Assembly (NCBI GenBank): GCA_002104905.1
Contig: MCFE01000008.1
Coordinates: forward strand, 202,173-266,172
DNA length: 64,000 nucleotides
DNA from: Basidiobolus meristosporus CBS 931.73
Lineage: Eukaryota; Fungi; Basidiobolomycota
Direction of reading: 5' to 3'
The notes beneath the pieces are model-generated. The model worked only from the letters and a program-made list of their open reading frames with translations, did not search any database and was not told the origin of the DNA. Made by a program: the position numbers and the translations under genes. Shown in pieces: positions 1 to 14,089 of this stretch (position 1 is its first letter; each line of letters begins with the position of its first letter).

Positions 1-1705
1 ATGATACCATCAGACATCACCTTACCGTACTAGTCGTATTGTACGAGAATCAAAATGCCCCCCAAAGCCTACTCTCCCGGTTGGCTTCACCACGATTCTC
101 CCTTGGCACATCTTCCGAGATCGGGGTCCATCCCTGGACCTTACCTAATGGCAGACCAAGCTCCAAGGAGGCTATTCAGCTACCTCTGTCAAGCAGTGGA
201 TCTACCACCGAGGAGAAATGGTTCTGGCTGAGTGACTGGCAAATCGATTTAAAGCATAGTCAAGTGGATTCTGAACAAGGCTGGCAATATGCCTATTCCT
301 TCGACGCGCTGCCAAACCAGTGGTACAGATCTCCGCCAGGTGCTGGCTCGAGCAAGGGCTGGGTGAGAAGGAGACGGTGGATTAGGGTCATGAAGCGTAA
401 GTTAGACTCCGTTGATGATCAAGGGAATAATGCGGCATCCGCTTCTTTAAACCGCGAAAGACCTTCTAGCTCAGTTCAGGAGCCAGACACAGGTGTTGTC
501 GCCGTTGAGGTTAATGGTAAGTCAGATGAAATTCCTCCACAATGCTATTAAGATGAGCTCATTTTTTCGTGTTTAGACCACAGTGGTACGAGTCTTCATC
601 CAAACGAATCCTACATTAAGTCAGGACCGCCAGAACACAGACAGCGACCACCCATATACTGGTATTTCGGTATTATATATCCAGGCCAACCCTCTATTGA
701 CTCTTAATTACTATAGACAACGAGGTTGACCCATCCTCTGTCAATCGAACACTGGACAGTCCAAATGCTACGACAGCTGTGGAGGGCGCACATCTACGAC
801 AAGACTCAACCGCATCATCCTCACATACCAATTCCACGACTGGAATAACTCCATCGTTGCTCCAAGTGATCAATACGACCTCTACACGCCAACTCCCACT
901 GTCACCTTCGTTGTGGGAATCGGATGAGGATGCGCCAGATTGCCGTCAATGCGGTCGTAGGTTCATGATATTCCTTCGACGTCACCACTGCCGGTATGTA
1001 AACGGATGTTTTTTTTGTGTGAACGCATCGAGTGCCCAAGCCTAACCGTTGCATGTATAGTCGGTGCGGACTTGTGTTCTGTGATAGATGCACCTCCTCA
1101 CGTTTCCCCTTCCCCATCCCTGCTCAAGCAGAAAATGCCGCTTCCATCTCATACCAACGAGTGTGTGACACCTGCTTGGCTCTGTTGAACTCCTCGCCAA
1201 GGAGAGCAAACTCCATTATGAACTCTTCGCTGTTGAGTCGAACGAACAGCCAAGCCAGTTTGATGAATGAATGCCCGGTTTGCTTTGCCTCGCTGGCTTC
1301 GATCTCCATGGATAGAGGGGCCCAGGAACAACACGTGCAAGAGTGTTTGGAGACCAGAGAATTTAGCACCTCTCCCAGAGGTTCTAGATACCTAAGTATG
1401 TCTTGTTACCTGGACTCGAAACCATACATCACATCCCTTGGCTAAACGTCTTTTCTGTGGCCGCAGATTTCAAACTAAAGGAAGATTCCAACCTGTTAGG
1501 ACAGGAGTGTCCGATATGCTTTGAAGAGTTCGAGCTAGGTAGGTGTTCCATTTGGTCAGGGCCGCGTTTAGCACCAAATCACCAACTCACGAACGTTTAC
1601 TAGATGAAACCATAGCCAGGCTGACCTGCCTATGTACCTATCACCAAGGAGTGCATTGATTCGTGGTTTGGCCGCGGAAAACAATGTCCATTCCATTCAC
1701 GCTGA
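1..1705 (+). CDS. DysF(Pex24p-like)-FYVE-RING protein, Pib1-like E3 ligase; multi-exon, 5' part outside window
   Basis: DysF-like motif WFWLSDWQID..GWQYAYSF..WVRRRRWIRVMKR. FYVE WESD..CRQC..RRHHCR|CGLVFCDRC..RVCDTC. C-terminal RING ECPICFEEF|..ARLTCLCTYH..CIDSWF..CPFH, stop 1703-1705. GT-AG introns join the exons in frame, e.g. 517-583 and 661-716. Apparent +1 indel near 1645. Confidence 0.75.
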
Positions 1706-2246
1706 CGAAGAGCAGCCTCCGTTGCCTGACTCCATTAACCGAATGCAACCCTTTCGCCCAAGAGAATATACCAATCTGGGACATCGTCATCCAATCACCA
1801 CCGCAAAGTATGGGTATTCGTGTATATAAGATACAACTTGATTCAATATACTCTTCCGTCGGTCCGAAGATCAGCTCGTTTGATGTATGTGCTCCATTAT
1901 ATTGACTTCTCCCGACCAGCCCAACGCTGGTTGACTGGTCCCGATTTCGCGCAACGATTACCCCCTCCGTCCCATCAAATCCATAGAAATGACACTTCCG
2001 ACCCAACTATCAAATAAAGTGAAAATAGCCGTGTAAAGAGAGAACTTTTCATTGTGTGTGTATGGGGGGGCTTTTTTTCAACAGGTCGATTGGACCTTGT
2101 ACACACCAAAGTCGAAAGAATATTGCAGGTAACAGAGTGAAAAGAAGTGTGGTAAAGAGCACGTGTATGTATGTGTGGGTGATTGTGTTTGCGACGGAGC
2201 GTATTCAACACAAAATAGCATAAAGAGCGCATTTTCCAATGACGCA

Positions 2247-5200
2247 TCAATTACTGAATAGGCTCGCCGGGAAACCGCTGAATTCGGAGATTTCATCGAC
2301 ACTAATACCACTGGGGGTAGTGTAGGATACCTTCAGGCGGAGTCGAATGGGTGTCTACATGAGGGAACAGGGGATTACTACGAAGAGCGGAGATGCCGCG
2401 ACAAGGGAAACAAACAAATACCTTCTGAGGATTGGCGATTCTGATCAACTGGGTGGCTGACTCATTGACGGGTATCTGAGTCGAGGAGATCGATTGCATT
2501 TGCAGCTTCTGAGATTTGGGCACAGCAATTTGGAAGGAGAGATTCTCGATTCTGGCCCCGACCGCCTCGTTAAGGAAGCGTATTTTAATGTTGACGACAT
2601 TGGGGTTCTGGGAGTCTTGGTTGGGAATCATGACAACCTTGAACCCATTTTTGTTGTATGCAATGTAGCCTCCGGCTAATTATAGAAAAAAGCATTAATA
2701 CGCTGCTACGCCGACTCGAGGGCATTCGATCATACCTGGTGGTTGGGCTGTGTTGGTGGGTGATTTATGCTGGATAGGAATGCTATTTCCCATTGGCATA
2801 GAGCTTGGTGGACTAGATGCTGCAGGGGAGGAAATATCGCCCAACAAGTCTAAAAGGCTATCACTTCCCTGAGTAGACTTTGTAGAAGTTGTCTGTTGGA
2901 GATTACTCATGGTATTGATACCGGTGGGAGAAGTACTCTGTGGATTGGATAAATTACTAGAGCCAAAGATGTCGGCCAGCAAGTCCACCGTTTGATCCGA
3001 TTGGGAAGGCTGGGATGAAGCAGCCGAGGGCTCATCTCCAAGTAGATTCAACAAGGCCTGAGGAAATCACAAAGATCAGTAAAAGTCGTGGTGAGAGGTT
3101 TGATCTCGGTAGTTACATTTTCTTGGTTACGTGAGGATTTGCTGGTGTTTCTTGGCTTCGATTTCTCAAGAACTAAAGTAAGGAGGTCAGTGATTGCCGA
3201 AGTGCTCGAAGCCAAAGTCCCATCTAACCTGGGCTATGCAGGTCCGGTTTAGGCTCAGGCGCTGGCATACGTTCCAGGACTGCCGAGCGAATCTCGTTGT
3301 AGCCATACAAGTTTTTGTATTCGTTCGCACGTTGCTGAACCTCCGTCTCGGCACTATTGGCGAAGGTGTTGATGATGTTTTTGATACGCTCTTGAACGCT
3401 TCGCTCTTTGAATCGGTCGGTTAGTTTGATCAGAGCAGTCATTATATATTCTCTGATGGTTTGGTTGGCATAAGGACTGTTGAGGATATTCTCCATTAAG
3501 GCAACCACATCGGATTCTGTAACCTATGAAACCATGATGGCTTAGATCCGATAGATACCATATTGCTCTGATAAAGATTTACCTCGCGGACAAGCTCCTC
3601 TTCCTCAAAGCTACCACCCTTTACAAGGAGATCACCAAATTCACCAATGATCCAGACGCCAACAAGAACTAGCGCTTCCTGATACAAGCAGAAAACAAGG
3701 TAAATTCATCTGGCCAATGAAAGAAACAATAGGCGCTGTACTTTGGATATATCTTGTTTCAGCGAGGCAAATAGCTTTTGTGCGGTGTAAGTCTGTAGTT
3801 CCGTGGCATTGGCAACGATTCGAATGAAATTAGAAAGCGTTTCCTCACGGCAGTAGTTTCCAGCCTGCGAGTCATGGTTAGTATATTGGTCTGAGTGAGG
3901 ATTCGTGAAATGCTCTACCAGCTTCAACACACGCAACACGGTGTCAATATGCCAACGCTTGTTGGGTGCAAACCTGAAGAATCGGTTAGTTTCCTTGAGT
4001 GAGGTGTGCAGAAAAAGGATTTTTACCTATCAGCTGCAGCGCAAATCTTTGTTGTCATTCCCGCTTTGAATTCGGTGTCTGCGATCTCCAGGAAAGTGAG
4101 GAGTTCTCTGGTCATGGCACGCACATTTGCCTCATTTATAAGCGCAAAGGACAGCTCGAGTGCACGTCTTCTAATAGAAATGTCGGGATCTTTTAGACAT
4201 TCCACCACAGTCATACGGTGACGCTGCACGTTCTGTATGTCGATAGCTACAGTCTTATTCAATGTGTCTAATGCAACATAGCTAAATTAAGAACGAATAG
4301 TATGGTCAGATGAAGCTCGATGCCAGGAATTGCTTAACCATTGGGACTACCGTAAGTTGTTGTCTTTGTTCTTGATAAACCGTCCGAGGATATTGATGGC
4401 AAGAACGCGTAGCCCGTGATCGGATTCTGTGCCCATTATGGTGGTAACGGTTTCGTAGAGCACAGAGTTTCCGGCATTTTTGGCTGAATCAGTATTGGTA
4501 GCTACCTAAACACCAAGGACCTGGGTGAGTATCAAATCCCTCCCAAACCATCCGTGTAATGCATCAACAAACCTGAGCCAAAACATCATTCATTGCCTCA
4601 CTAGCGTCATCGTTATTTTCTCCTAAATATCTCAGCAGACGAATAATCTTGACTTGCAAGAAAGGATCGGTGATTCCGGTGATATCATGATCAGGTGAAA
4701 AGCCGCCAGAAGAGAGAGCTTTCAGGCGCTTGACTAGCGTGGGAATAGACTGGTGAGAGATTAATGCATGCTGAAACCATGGAGTCCACGTTTAGAGAAC
4801 CATACATTGACAAACACAGAAACATTTTCTGGATTTTGTTGGCACAATTCTATGATTAATGTGACACCGGTCAACATAACGCTATGACTTTTGTCAACGA
4901 GAAGGGAGTTGGCGGGCTCCACTAGGTTTTCATAGAGATCGGGTGCTTTACGGACGAGTCGAATGGCGCATAAGGCAGCCTTAATTTAGATGTGTTGAGG
5001 AGTGGGTTACGTTGGGGATGCTCTAGTAATTGTCAACGTACTTTCTTCTTCATATACGTGTTTGAGCTCTTCATTAGCTTCTCTACTTCGTCAATCAAGT
5101 CCTGTGCCATTTCACCAGATGCAATATTCCCCAGCGTGCAGAGTGCTAAACCAACAATGTACATGTTGGAGTGATTCAGATCACTGTGTTGGGTAGAGTA

Positions 5201-5665
5201 AGCAAGAAATATAAGCTTGAAAGGAACACGAAGAAACGGTGGGAAATATGGGTTACTTTTTCAAAGAGTTGGTGACAAGAGTGAGCAGCTCTTGGTTTTC
5301 GTCAAGTAACAGCATCATCCCAAGATAACCGAGACGTTTATCCGCGAAGCGACTAGAGGCAACAAGTTTCAAACACTCGATTTGGCCCCAGTGTGCAGGG
5401 TAACCCAACATGTGAATGTACAAGAGTTTAGCAACATTATTGTATCTCGAATCGGTATTTTCCTCCTTGAAGGAGGTTCTAAGGGAAGCGGATTCCTTTT
5501 GTATCACCGTTCTCTCATCAGCGGCCGTTTTGCACTTGCGGATGGCTCTGATGAAATCTAGGTCAAGTTCAATGGCGTTAGTGCTTTCTTGGTTCGGGGG
5601 GACCACTCTGGGCCAACATCTCAAAAGAGTGCAGGGAAGCTACCTTTCAGTCGATAATAAGGCAT
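2247..5665 (-). CDS. APL4: AP-1 adaptor complex gamma subunit, multi-exon
   Basis: Spliced N-terminus MPYYRLK|[16 protein letters not shown], then [22 protein letters not shown] and [18 protein letters not shown]; gamma-ear end [24 protein letters not shown]. Confidence 0.95.
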
Positions 5666-6264
5666 AGATGCAGTTCAAGTTGAAAATTCTTTAGATAAAG
5701 GGTGCAGGTTTTGTCTCAACAATGGGCACGGCAACGAGATAAAGTCCCCAGAAATACGATTAAGAGCTCACTTCCTCGCCTTGGTTGGAAGAAAACCACT
5801 TTACTATATTTGTCTGACGCAACCTGACTACTGTTAAGCAAGCATTTACAGTTTCGAGGCGGCTTCACGTGATATGTTCAGTCCACATCTCGGTGGTGGG
5901 TGAGGATCAAATTTCGATGGCTTCATTCGATAGATCTGTCAACATTCCAACTCAGCCATTCGCATGGCCAGCACCTAGTTGGAGTTTGGGCAACGAGAGT
6001 GACAGGTGGGGAACGAGTTACTTTAATGGATTTAGTCAAGGTAGGGGAAACCGAATCAAATATCCTAACATATATTCGTTAGCACATCTGAATGCAGTGG
6101 ATGATGGATTATTAAAACGGAATGTGGATGTGATAAGATACATGTTCTGTAGCAAGAAAGTGATTGGGATTATGTGATGTGGGTTGAGGAGTAGAAGGGG
6201 AGGTGAATATCGAAATCTACCAGTAGAACAAACAAAATGATATGAGACAGAGATTGTATATGAT

Positions 6265-8674
6265 TTAAACAGCTTCGCTGATAATAGAGAACGCTCTCTT
6301 ATAGATTTCGAGCATGGTCTTGCACTTCTCCCTCTCAGCCACAATATTCTCGTCCTCCTGTAGAAGCTCCTCGAAAGCTTCCTGTTTGTAAAGCTCGGAG
6401 ACAAGGCGGTTTTGAATGTTTTCGCGGATATTGTTGATCAACAGGTGCATCACGGTTTTCGGGACAAGGTCTTGAATGGATTTACGAACAATGTTGAAGT
6501 AGGAGGTAATGAGTGATCTGATCAACTGAGTCTCCATCTCTTCCCTTTCCGAGAGCTGGTTTCCTTCGTCCGAATCCGAACCGGCCGCTGTAGATTTTTC
6601 AGAGGCTTGTCGGTTCTTGCTTTCAATCACCCTATCAGGCATCACCATATCTTTCACGAAGGTCTTTTGAGATTCCGAGTCCGACTTCTCGTTCTTGTTA
6701 CCGAAGAAGTAATTCATGAACCTATCGTCGTTGGCGGCAGCAGCGTCGTCTTGGTCGTCCTGGACGGAGTTGATTACGGCTGGGAGCTGAGAGGGATTGA
6801 CCTGGGTAACGATTAGTATTAGGGGGAGGGAACCAGTCGAACGAGTGGCCATAGAACTTACTCGCTTAAGCTTCTCTTGCTCTCTTCTCTTCTTGTGAAT
6901 CTTCTTCTCCAATGCTGCGATGGCTCCGCTTCCGCCAATGAAGTCAGGATGGTTGGTATTGATGTAGGCCATTTCGATGCTGATCAAGCTTTCGATGTAA
7001 TTGGAGGTTGGGCTCAACCTTTCCCGCAAGAGATCGGAGACAACCTCGATGATCTTGGCATAGAGCTTGGGGTATTTCTTGAGCTCCAAGCTGCTTGAAT
7101 TGTGGCAGATCTTGATCAGTTCTTCGTAGGCAAGCTCCACACAGCGCAAACTGGGGGGCTCCAGACGCTTGATTTGGGGTTTAACCAAAAGCTCAAAGGC
7201 AATCTCTGGGACAAACAACGAGGGGCGTGGCCCGGTGGAGTTTCTAATTGCGGTACGAATGTCCTGCAAGGTCAGATTGCCGCCAGGGCTAATGGAGTCT
7301 AGGGCATTTCCAAAGATGTTGTTGAAGATATAATAGATCCGGGCGCCGCCAGACAACTCTGCGGTGGAGAAATCGGACGAGGTGCCGTCGATCGAAGAGA
7401 TGAAGCTATTGGCGAACTTGGTGAGTAGTCGGAGAATGAGAGTGCCCTTGTTCGCTTCCTGTGATAGGGAAACATCGCCGAACGAATTGAGCTCTAGTTG
7501 AGTTTGTCCGATGAGCGCATTTAGCTTGGCCTTCATATCAGGAAGCTTTTCACGGATGTGTTTTACTAAAACATTGTTGAGCGTCTTGCCAAGGTAGCCA
7601 GTGCCACATTTATCAGCAATACTCTTGTAGGCGGGGTGGGATTTGAAGAACTCCGCCTCCCTTTCCAAAGCCTTGGAAATAGGCACATTGGCTACGTTGT
7701 CTTGTTGGCTTCTATTCACCACTCCGATGAAGCCCAGTTTAAGGTGAATTATGCGGCCAGTTAAGATATCCAGTGCATTGGTTCCGGCATCCATCAGGTC
7801 GATCTTGGTAATAACCCCAATGGTTCTCTTGCCTAGATACAAGATATCAGCACTCAGGTTAACCCACTGCAAACCATATCTCAGTCTTACCGTCAGGATC
7901 GACCTCTCTAGCCACCTTTAAGCTCTCCGAATTGACGATATCGACATTGGCCGGGCTGACAGCAAGAATGATACTACATTGCCATGTCACGCAGGTGAGT
8001 ATTGATCACAAAAACTGGCTGATAAGCTAAGTACCTGTTTGGCTTGTTTATGTAGTCGAAGATCAAATGCCTGGTCTGTTTTTCAATATCCGACGGCTGG
8101 TCTCCAATAGGAATCTAGTTTACCAAGAAATCAGTTAGGCTTCCGCGGGCTGAGGCGAAACCTCCTTGCGGGAAACTTACTTTAGTCAAGCCGGGCAAAT
8201 CGACCAAAGTCAGGTTCAGGACGTCGGGAGAGTGGATTTTAAGGTGAATAGGTACTCGGGAGATGCCCTTGTTAGCGCCTGCGAGACGAGAGGTTTCTTT
8301 CTCAATCTCCGCGCGCACCTCATTCAGATCAAAAAACTTCTTGTCTGCAACGTGCAGAAACTCGGCGTATTCTGCAACCTCGGAGCTCTCGTTCTTGGGA
8401 ACATTCACCAATTGGAGTACGAGAGGGCGACGAGTCACAATTCCACTTCCTCTGGGGAGGAAGTCTCGACCAACAATGTTTTCAAGAACGGAGGATTTGC
8501 CAGAAGATTGCGAGCTGTTATGTGAATAGAAAGTTACCAAAGGGTTCGCAGGGGATTGACCGGACCAATTTCAACCTACCCAACAACCACAATCTGGGGA
8601 AGGTCTATCTGATCGTTCCCGACAGTGTTGAACACATCTTGAAGTTTGTTTACCAATGGAATGAGGTCGTTCAT
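6265..8674 (-). CDS. DNM1: Dynamin-related GTPase, mitochondrial fission Dnm1/Drp1 type
   Basis: [13 protein letters not shown] start; [22 protein letters not shown]; [10 protein letters not shown]; [10 protein letters not shown]; [12 protein letters not shown]; FMNYFFG; GED domain. Confidence 0.93.
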
Positions 8675-9066
8675 CGTATTGAAAGGAGGCACTGCTAGTT
8701 CTCGTCTGAACCTACTTCGGTAAATAGCAACCTCACAAATGCAAAACTTCTAAAGGATCCCCAAAAACCTAGTCTAAAAGCAATCTGTGCATTAGATAGA
8801 TCTGAGTAAAATAACCCCAACAAGTCTATCGTTGCCACCTCAGGATCAGAAAATTTTCTGGAAATGGAAGATTTACAAAATTGGAAACTGCCTCTCCTGT
8901 TGCTAAATTTGTTGAACTATTTGATAATTTGGGTGCTTAATTCTGCATGAGTGTGGATGCGTTTATTATGATAGGGTTAGTCACTGAGATAGCTATTAAT
9001 AGGTGGGTGATGTTGGATGTTCGTTGTGGCGGCTGCGAGGAAGGCGGCTAAGCGCAGGAGAGGGTG

Positions 9067-10924
9067 TCAACCATTTAATGGATCGTAGTTTTCCGAGACC
9101 AGGCCAAGGCCGAAGGGCTGGGAAACAGCTGGATGAGGTTGCTCATCGTGCTCTTCGTTCTCAAGACCCTCGCTCTCGAACGCATCATCATCGCTATCCA
9201 TGTCACTCAAGCCGAAGTTTGCCCCGCTGTGGATTGGCCTACTCGTTACCGGGACGTTGGTCAGGCTAGGGCTTTTCCGTGCGAAATTCGACTCGGTAAG
9301 GTTCCCTCGAAATCCGTCGAGTGTTTTCTTGAGTAAAGAGAATTTCTCCTTTTCAAAATGTATCTGGATCTCTACAAACTCGTTGAGAGCCTTTCGAAAG
9401 TCCTTCGCCTTTTCCCTCTCGAACCTGACCAGCTCTTGAGTGAGATTCTTCTGGCACGAGCCAAATACTTTTTTCTCAGCCTCCACGTTTTCTGTTGCCT
9501 GGCAGAAAATGCAGATTAGTGCCGAACTTTTCCCAACGATCGTGTGGCGAGTGATTTACTTTGGTTTCTTCGGCAATTGCTGCTTGGATTTCCGGGGTAG
9601 TTTCACTCATTTTAAGCTTGAGTTTCTCCGTTTTATCCCTTCTCTTGTTCCGCTTTTTTACAAGCCTCACATATTCTGCCAATTTCTCCGTTCGGTTGTT
9701 CATCACATGCTACCAAGAGAGTCACAACACGGTTCGACTGCTGTGAGAGGAGAGGAGTGATCACTTACCTTGATAGACTCTAGCATATCCTTATATTCTA
9801 AAAATACATCGCCAAAGCGGAATATTTCGGCCTTGCCCTATTATTGCGAGCATAGTAGCAAAATGAGCGTTTGTGCGGTGATAAGACTCGTGTCAGATCG
9901 AAAGACAAACCTGTCGACGATTAATGTACTGTAAATCATCAAGCATAATGGCAAATTGCTGCATTTCCGCATCAAATCGTTTGTGCCTTTCTCGATTGTC
10001 AATCTTGGTCCCAGGTCCCATTCTATATTTGCTGTGTAGTGAGTCGATTGCTATGTCGCCGAACTGGCTAAGAACGTTTCCTAAAGCTAGAATCGCAGGG
10101 ACACTTGAGTAATTAGCAACGACGAGAGTTCTTGTATGAGTAAGTAAACACCTTCACGCTGCTCCACGACCGCATTGATCCCCTCTACAACCAGACTAAA
10201 ATGGTTCTCCAACATTAAAATGTACATTTGCCGCCTTTGGAATTCTTCCTGTTCATTCTGCAATAAAAGACGGGATTTTAACGTTTACTCCAGATGCTAT
10301 AGGCAGTAAACAAGACTACTTCTTCAACTGCTTCACTAGGTCTAAATATTCTGAATCCCCGCTCGTAATTAGGCTTCATTATTTGGTTCAGGAAACCAAA
10401 ACCCAGAGTTCCTCGACGGGTGTCTATCACATCAAGATGCGTCTGCAAACATAAGTGAAGGTTAGAAATGAGTGCTGGATTGAATTCTGGAGTGCAAAAA
10501 AGTTGAAGAAATCACCATCTCGTTTGAAAGGAAATACTGCATATCAGGATGGTCTACAATCTCCGGGCGTGACGCTAATTTACACAAGAAACGCTCTACT
10601 TGCAGCCTTTTGTTTTCCACATGATCGAGGTCGTTTATCAACGCTTGATTAGGAGCATCTGGTAGGGGAGGGAGAATCATATTTGGAAAAGCTGTGCACA
10701 GCTTTGAGTGAAGCCACTGTATTTGTTGGAAATTCCTAAAAACGGTGTTTGTCGAAGTCGGTTCGTCGTCAATTGTTTCCTAGAACACGGTTAATCTCGA
10801 CCCCAACTGAGACAACAATCATGCCAGCAAACAAGCCAAGTCGTACCTGATAGGATACCGCTATCTTGAAGGTGATGATTCCTGAAGCAGAAGCTGCCTC
10901 GGGAATGGTTACTGATAAATGCAT
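9067..10924 (-). CDS. PX-BAR sorting nexin, multi-exon
   Basis: PX core VFRNFQQIQWLHSKLCTAFPNMILPPLP..KRLQVERFLCKLASRP; BAR-like C-terminus ELVRFEREKAKDFRKALNEFVEIQ. Confidence 0.8.
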
Positions 10925-11610
10925 TGTTTGGCTGTATGCTGTTTGCACTGAACTTCACTTTAAAGCTTGAGAGTCATAAACACAGGGCAGCCACAAACTC
11001 GACACTTTGAATTGTTGAAATCCAGGGATTATCTTTGAGAGTTGATAAGGCCACTATGCTCTAGTCGCTTTTAGAAAAAGCCCAAAAGCTCAAATGCCCA
11101 GTCAGGTCGAAAATGCCAGATGTTCACCCCGATATTAGGACTGGGCATGTTTTCTACGTGACCAGATCAACCAGAATTCAACTTCATGCTATCTAATACA
11201 TCATACTGGATTCAAACATTTGAGAACTAGCAATTCCACTTCATGCCATCAGAATCGTAATATGGTGGCACCTCTGTTTTTGGTAACTATGCTGTCTCTG
11301 AAATATCGACCAATCGCCTCGGATTTTGTAATAATATAGGAATATGCTGGTCAATCAAGGGAATCACGTATCCAACGTTCACTGGTTATCAAGTTCACAT
11401 TTGGTTTTCTTTGATTACACTAGCGAGTGTTCGAAGAGTGGCCAAAGCAAGTTAGGTCAGTTGGTCTTGTTCAAAGCACGAAGCGTTTCCTGCCAAAACA
11501 GATTCTCTTTGCCGGGATTCCTGTTTCTACCTGATACCGCTACTCACTCACTTTTCAGAAGTCTTTAGATACTACTGGGGCTCAAGTATTAGCTCAGTCC
11601 AAAAGCAACG

Positions 11611-13809
11611 ATGTTTGGCCTATCTACCAAATCCGAGGCCTCTCTGTTGAAGGTCATCATTTTATCCCTTATCGCGGTTGTGGCTATATCCTCCCGCCTT
11701 TTCTCAGTTATTCGATTTGAATCGGTCATTCATGAGTTTGATCCTTGGTTCAACTACCGCACCACTCAACATCTCGTTAAAAATGGCTTTTACGAGTTTT
11801 TGAACTGGTTCGATGAGCGCTCTTGGTATCCACTGGGGAGAGTTGTGGGTGGTACCGTTTACCCAGGGATCATGCTTACCGCCGGGATCATATACAAAGT
11901 ATTGCACTTCTTCAACTTCACCGTAGACATCCGAAATGTCTGTGTCTTCCTCGCCCCCGTGTTCTCCGCTCTGACCTCTTACTCCGTCTACCTCTTGACC
12001 AAAGAAATCAAAGACTCCTCAGCCGGACTTTTGGCCGCCGCCTTCATCGCAGTTGCCCCCGGATATATTTCTCGTTCAGTAGCTGGTTCCTATGACAACG
12101 AAGGCATCGCCATTTTCCTGTTGATGTTCACATATTACTTGTGGTTGAAATCCGTCAAGCTGGGCTCCGCTCTGTACGGAGTGCTGACTGCCTTGTTCTA
12201 CTTCTATATGGTGTCAGCCTGGGGTGGATATGTTTTCATCATCAATTTGATTCCTCTCCACGCCTTTTGCTTGATCTTGATGGGTAGATTCTCGTCCCGC
12301 TTGTACGTCGCCTACTCGACATTCTACACCATTGGTACGTTGGCATCCATGCAGGTTCCTTTTGTCGGTTTCCAACCTACCAGAACAAGCGAGCACATGG
12401 CTGCCTTTGGCGTGTTTGGCCTTGTCCAGATTGTTGCCTTTGTGAGCTTCGTCAAGAGCCAATTGCCAACCAAGCAATTCCAAACCCTTCTTACTTTCTC
12501 GGTGATTGGCCTCTCCATTATTGGATTTGCTGCCATTGTGGGGTTGACGATGGCCGGTTACATCGCTCCATGGACCGGTCGTTTCTATTCCCTTTGGGAT
12601 ACCGGGTACGCCAAGAAGTACATCCCTATCATTGCTTCCGTGTCGGAACATCAACCTACCCCATGGCCCTCGTTCTTCTTCGACCTCCAAATGCTTGTGG
12701 TCTTCTTCCCCGCCGGAATCTATTTGTGTTTCAAGGAGTTGAAGGATGAGCACGTGTTTGTTATCCTGTACAGTATCACTGCCTCCTATTTCGCTGGGGT
12801 CATGGTCCGTCTGATGCTTACACTCACGCCTATTGTTTGCGTCACCGCTGGTGTTGCCATTTCAAAGCTTTTGGATACATACCTCAAGGAGACGACAGAC
12901 GCCACTGTTGAAGTTCCCTCCAGCACCAAAACATCCACCAGCAAAGCCGATAGCAAACCAGAGACGAAGAGCGCAGAGATTCCAGTGGGCATCAAGAGTT
13001 TCGGACCCAAGCTTGTGGTGACCGCCGTATTGTTCATATTCCTTGGCCTCTTCATGATCCATTGTACTTGGGTTACATCCAATGCCTACTCCTCGCCCTC
13101 TATCGTACTGGCCTCCCGTCAAGCGGATGGATCCCAGTATATCATCGATGATTTCAGAGAGGCATACTACTGGCTTCGTAAAAACACCGACGACGACGCC
13201 AAGATCCTGTGTTGGTGGGACTACGGCTACCAGATCGCTGGTATGGCCAACCGCACTGTTCTAGTCGATAACAACACCTGGAACAACACACATATTGCGA
13301 CTGTCGGTAAGGCGTTGGCATCTTCGGAAGATGATGCTTATGAAATCATGCGTCGTCATGATGTCTCCCATGTGCTCGTCATCTTTGGCGGTGTCATTGG
13401 GTACTCTGGCGACGATATCAACAAATTCCTGTGGATGATCCGTATCGCTGAGGGAGTCTACCAAGACGGAGTCAAGGAAGAAGATTTCTTCTCCCATGGT
13501 GACTACCGTGTTGACGCCGGCGCCACCCCCGCCATGAAGAACTCGTTGATGTACAAGTTGTCGTACTATCGTTTCGCAGAGCTCTTCGGCGGGCAAGCGT
13601 ACGATCGCGTCCGTAACGCACAGATTCCAAATGTACCCATCAAACTCCACACCATGGACGAGGCGTTCACCTCGGAAAATTGGATTGTTCGTATCTACAA
13701 GGTCAAGGATATCGACAACCTCGGAAGATCCCTCAGCGACGCTGCAGCCTTCGACTCTGGCAAGATGACCAAGAAATCACTCAGAAAGCCACTTAGCAGT
13801 CGTTACTAG
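11611..13809 (+). CDS. STT3: Oligosaccharyltransferase catalytic subunit STT3, intronless, 732 aa
   Basis: [24 protein letters not shown] and [12 protein letters not shown] motifs. Confidence 0.99.
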   Translation: MFGLSTKSEASLLKVIILSLIAVVAISSRLFSVIRFESVIHEFDPWFNYRTTQHLVKNGFYEFLNWFDERSWYPLGRVVGGTVYPGIMLTAGIIYKVLHFFNFTVDIRNVCVFLAPVFSALTSYSVYLLTKEIKDSSAGLLAAAFIAVAPGYISRSVAGSYDNEGIAIFLLMFTYYLWLKSVKLGSALYGVLTALFYFYMVSAWGGYVFIINLIPLHAFCLILMGRFSSRLYVAYSTFYTIGTLASMQVPFVGFQPTRTSEHMAAFGVFGLVQIVAFVSFVKSQLPTKQFQTLLTFSVIGLSIIGFAAIVGLTMAGYIAPWTGRFYSLWDTGYAKKYIPIIASVSEHQPTPWPSFFFDLQMLVVFFPAGIYLCFKELKDEHVFVILYSITASYFAGVMVRLMLTLTPIVCVTAGVAISKLLDTYLKETTDATVEVPSSTKTSTSKADSKPETKSAEIPVGIKSFGPKLVVTAVLFIFLGLFMIHCTWVTSNAYSSPSIVLASRQADGSQYIIDDFREAYYWLRKNTDDDAKILCWWDYGYQIAGMANRTVLVDNNTWNNTHIATVGKALASSEDDAYEIMRRHDVSHVLVIFGGVIGYSGDDINKFLWMIRIAEGVYQDGVKEEDFFSHGDYRVDAGATPAMKNSLMYKLSYYRFAELFGGQAYDRVRNAQIPNVPIKLHTMDEAFTSENWIVRIYKVKDIDNLGRSLSDAAAFDSGKMTKKSLRKPLSSRY

Positions 13810-14089
13810 CCAACTTGCATTGGATCCCTAGTCCTAACCGTTTTCCTTTTTCACTCCTGGAGAAAAGTAGTCGATCTCAATATTCGAGAGAATCATTTTT
13901 TCAATTCAATAAATTACCGTCAATACGAATGGTGGCCATGATGTATCGATTGTTCTGGTTCATTAACGTGGTCACACCTAGGTTCGACTATTAATCATTT
14001 TTAGGGCCACTTGTGTCGTATCTACTTTTCCTTCCACCAGATTTTCTACTTTCGGCCTGAACCATAAGCTAGCTCTTGTGGAGAATAAG

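Noticed and set aside
6607-13650. Long antisense ORFs over DNM1 and STT3 (likewise over RPL21, RPS9, CBF5 and NOG1)
   Set aside because: Shadow ORFs caused by strong codon bias on the coding strand.
13975-13995. GGTTCGACT T-loop-like word (similar words near 9730 and 42210)
   Set aside because: No cloverleaf or A box; no tRNA gene supported in the window.
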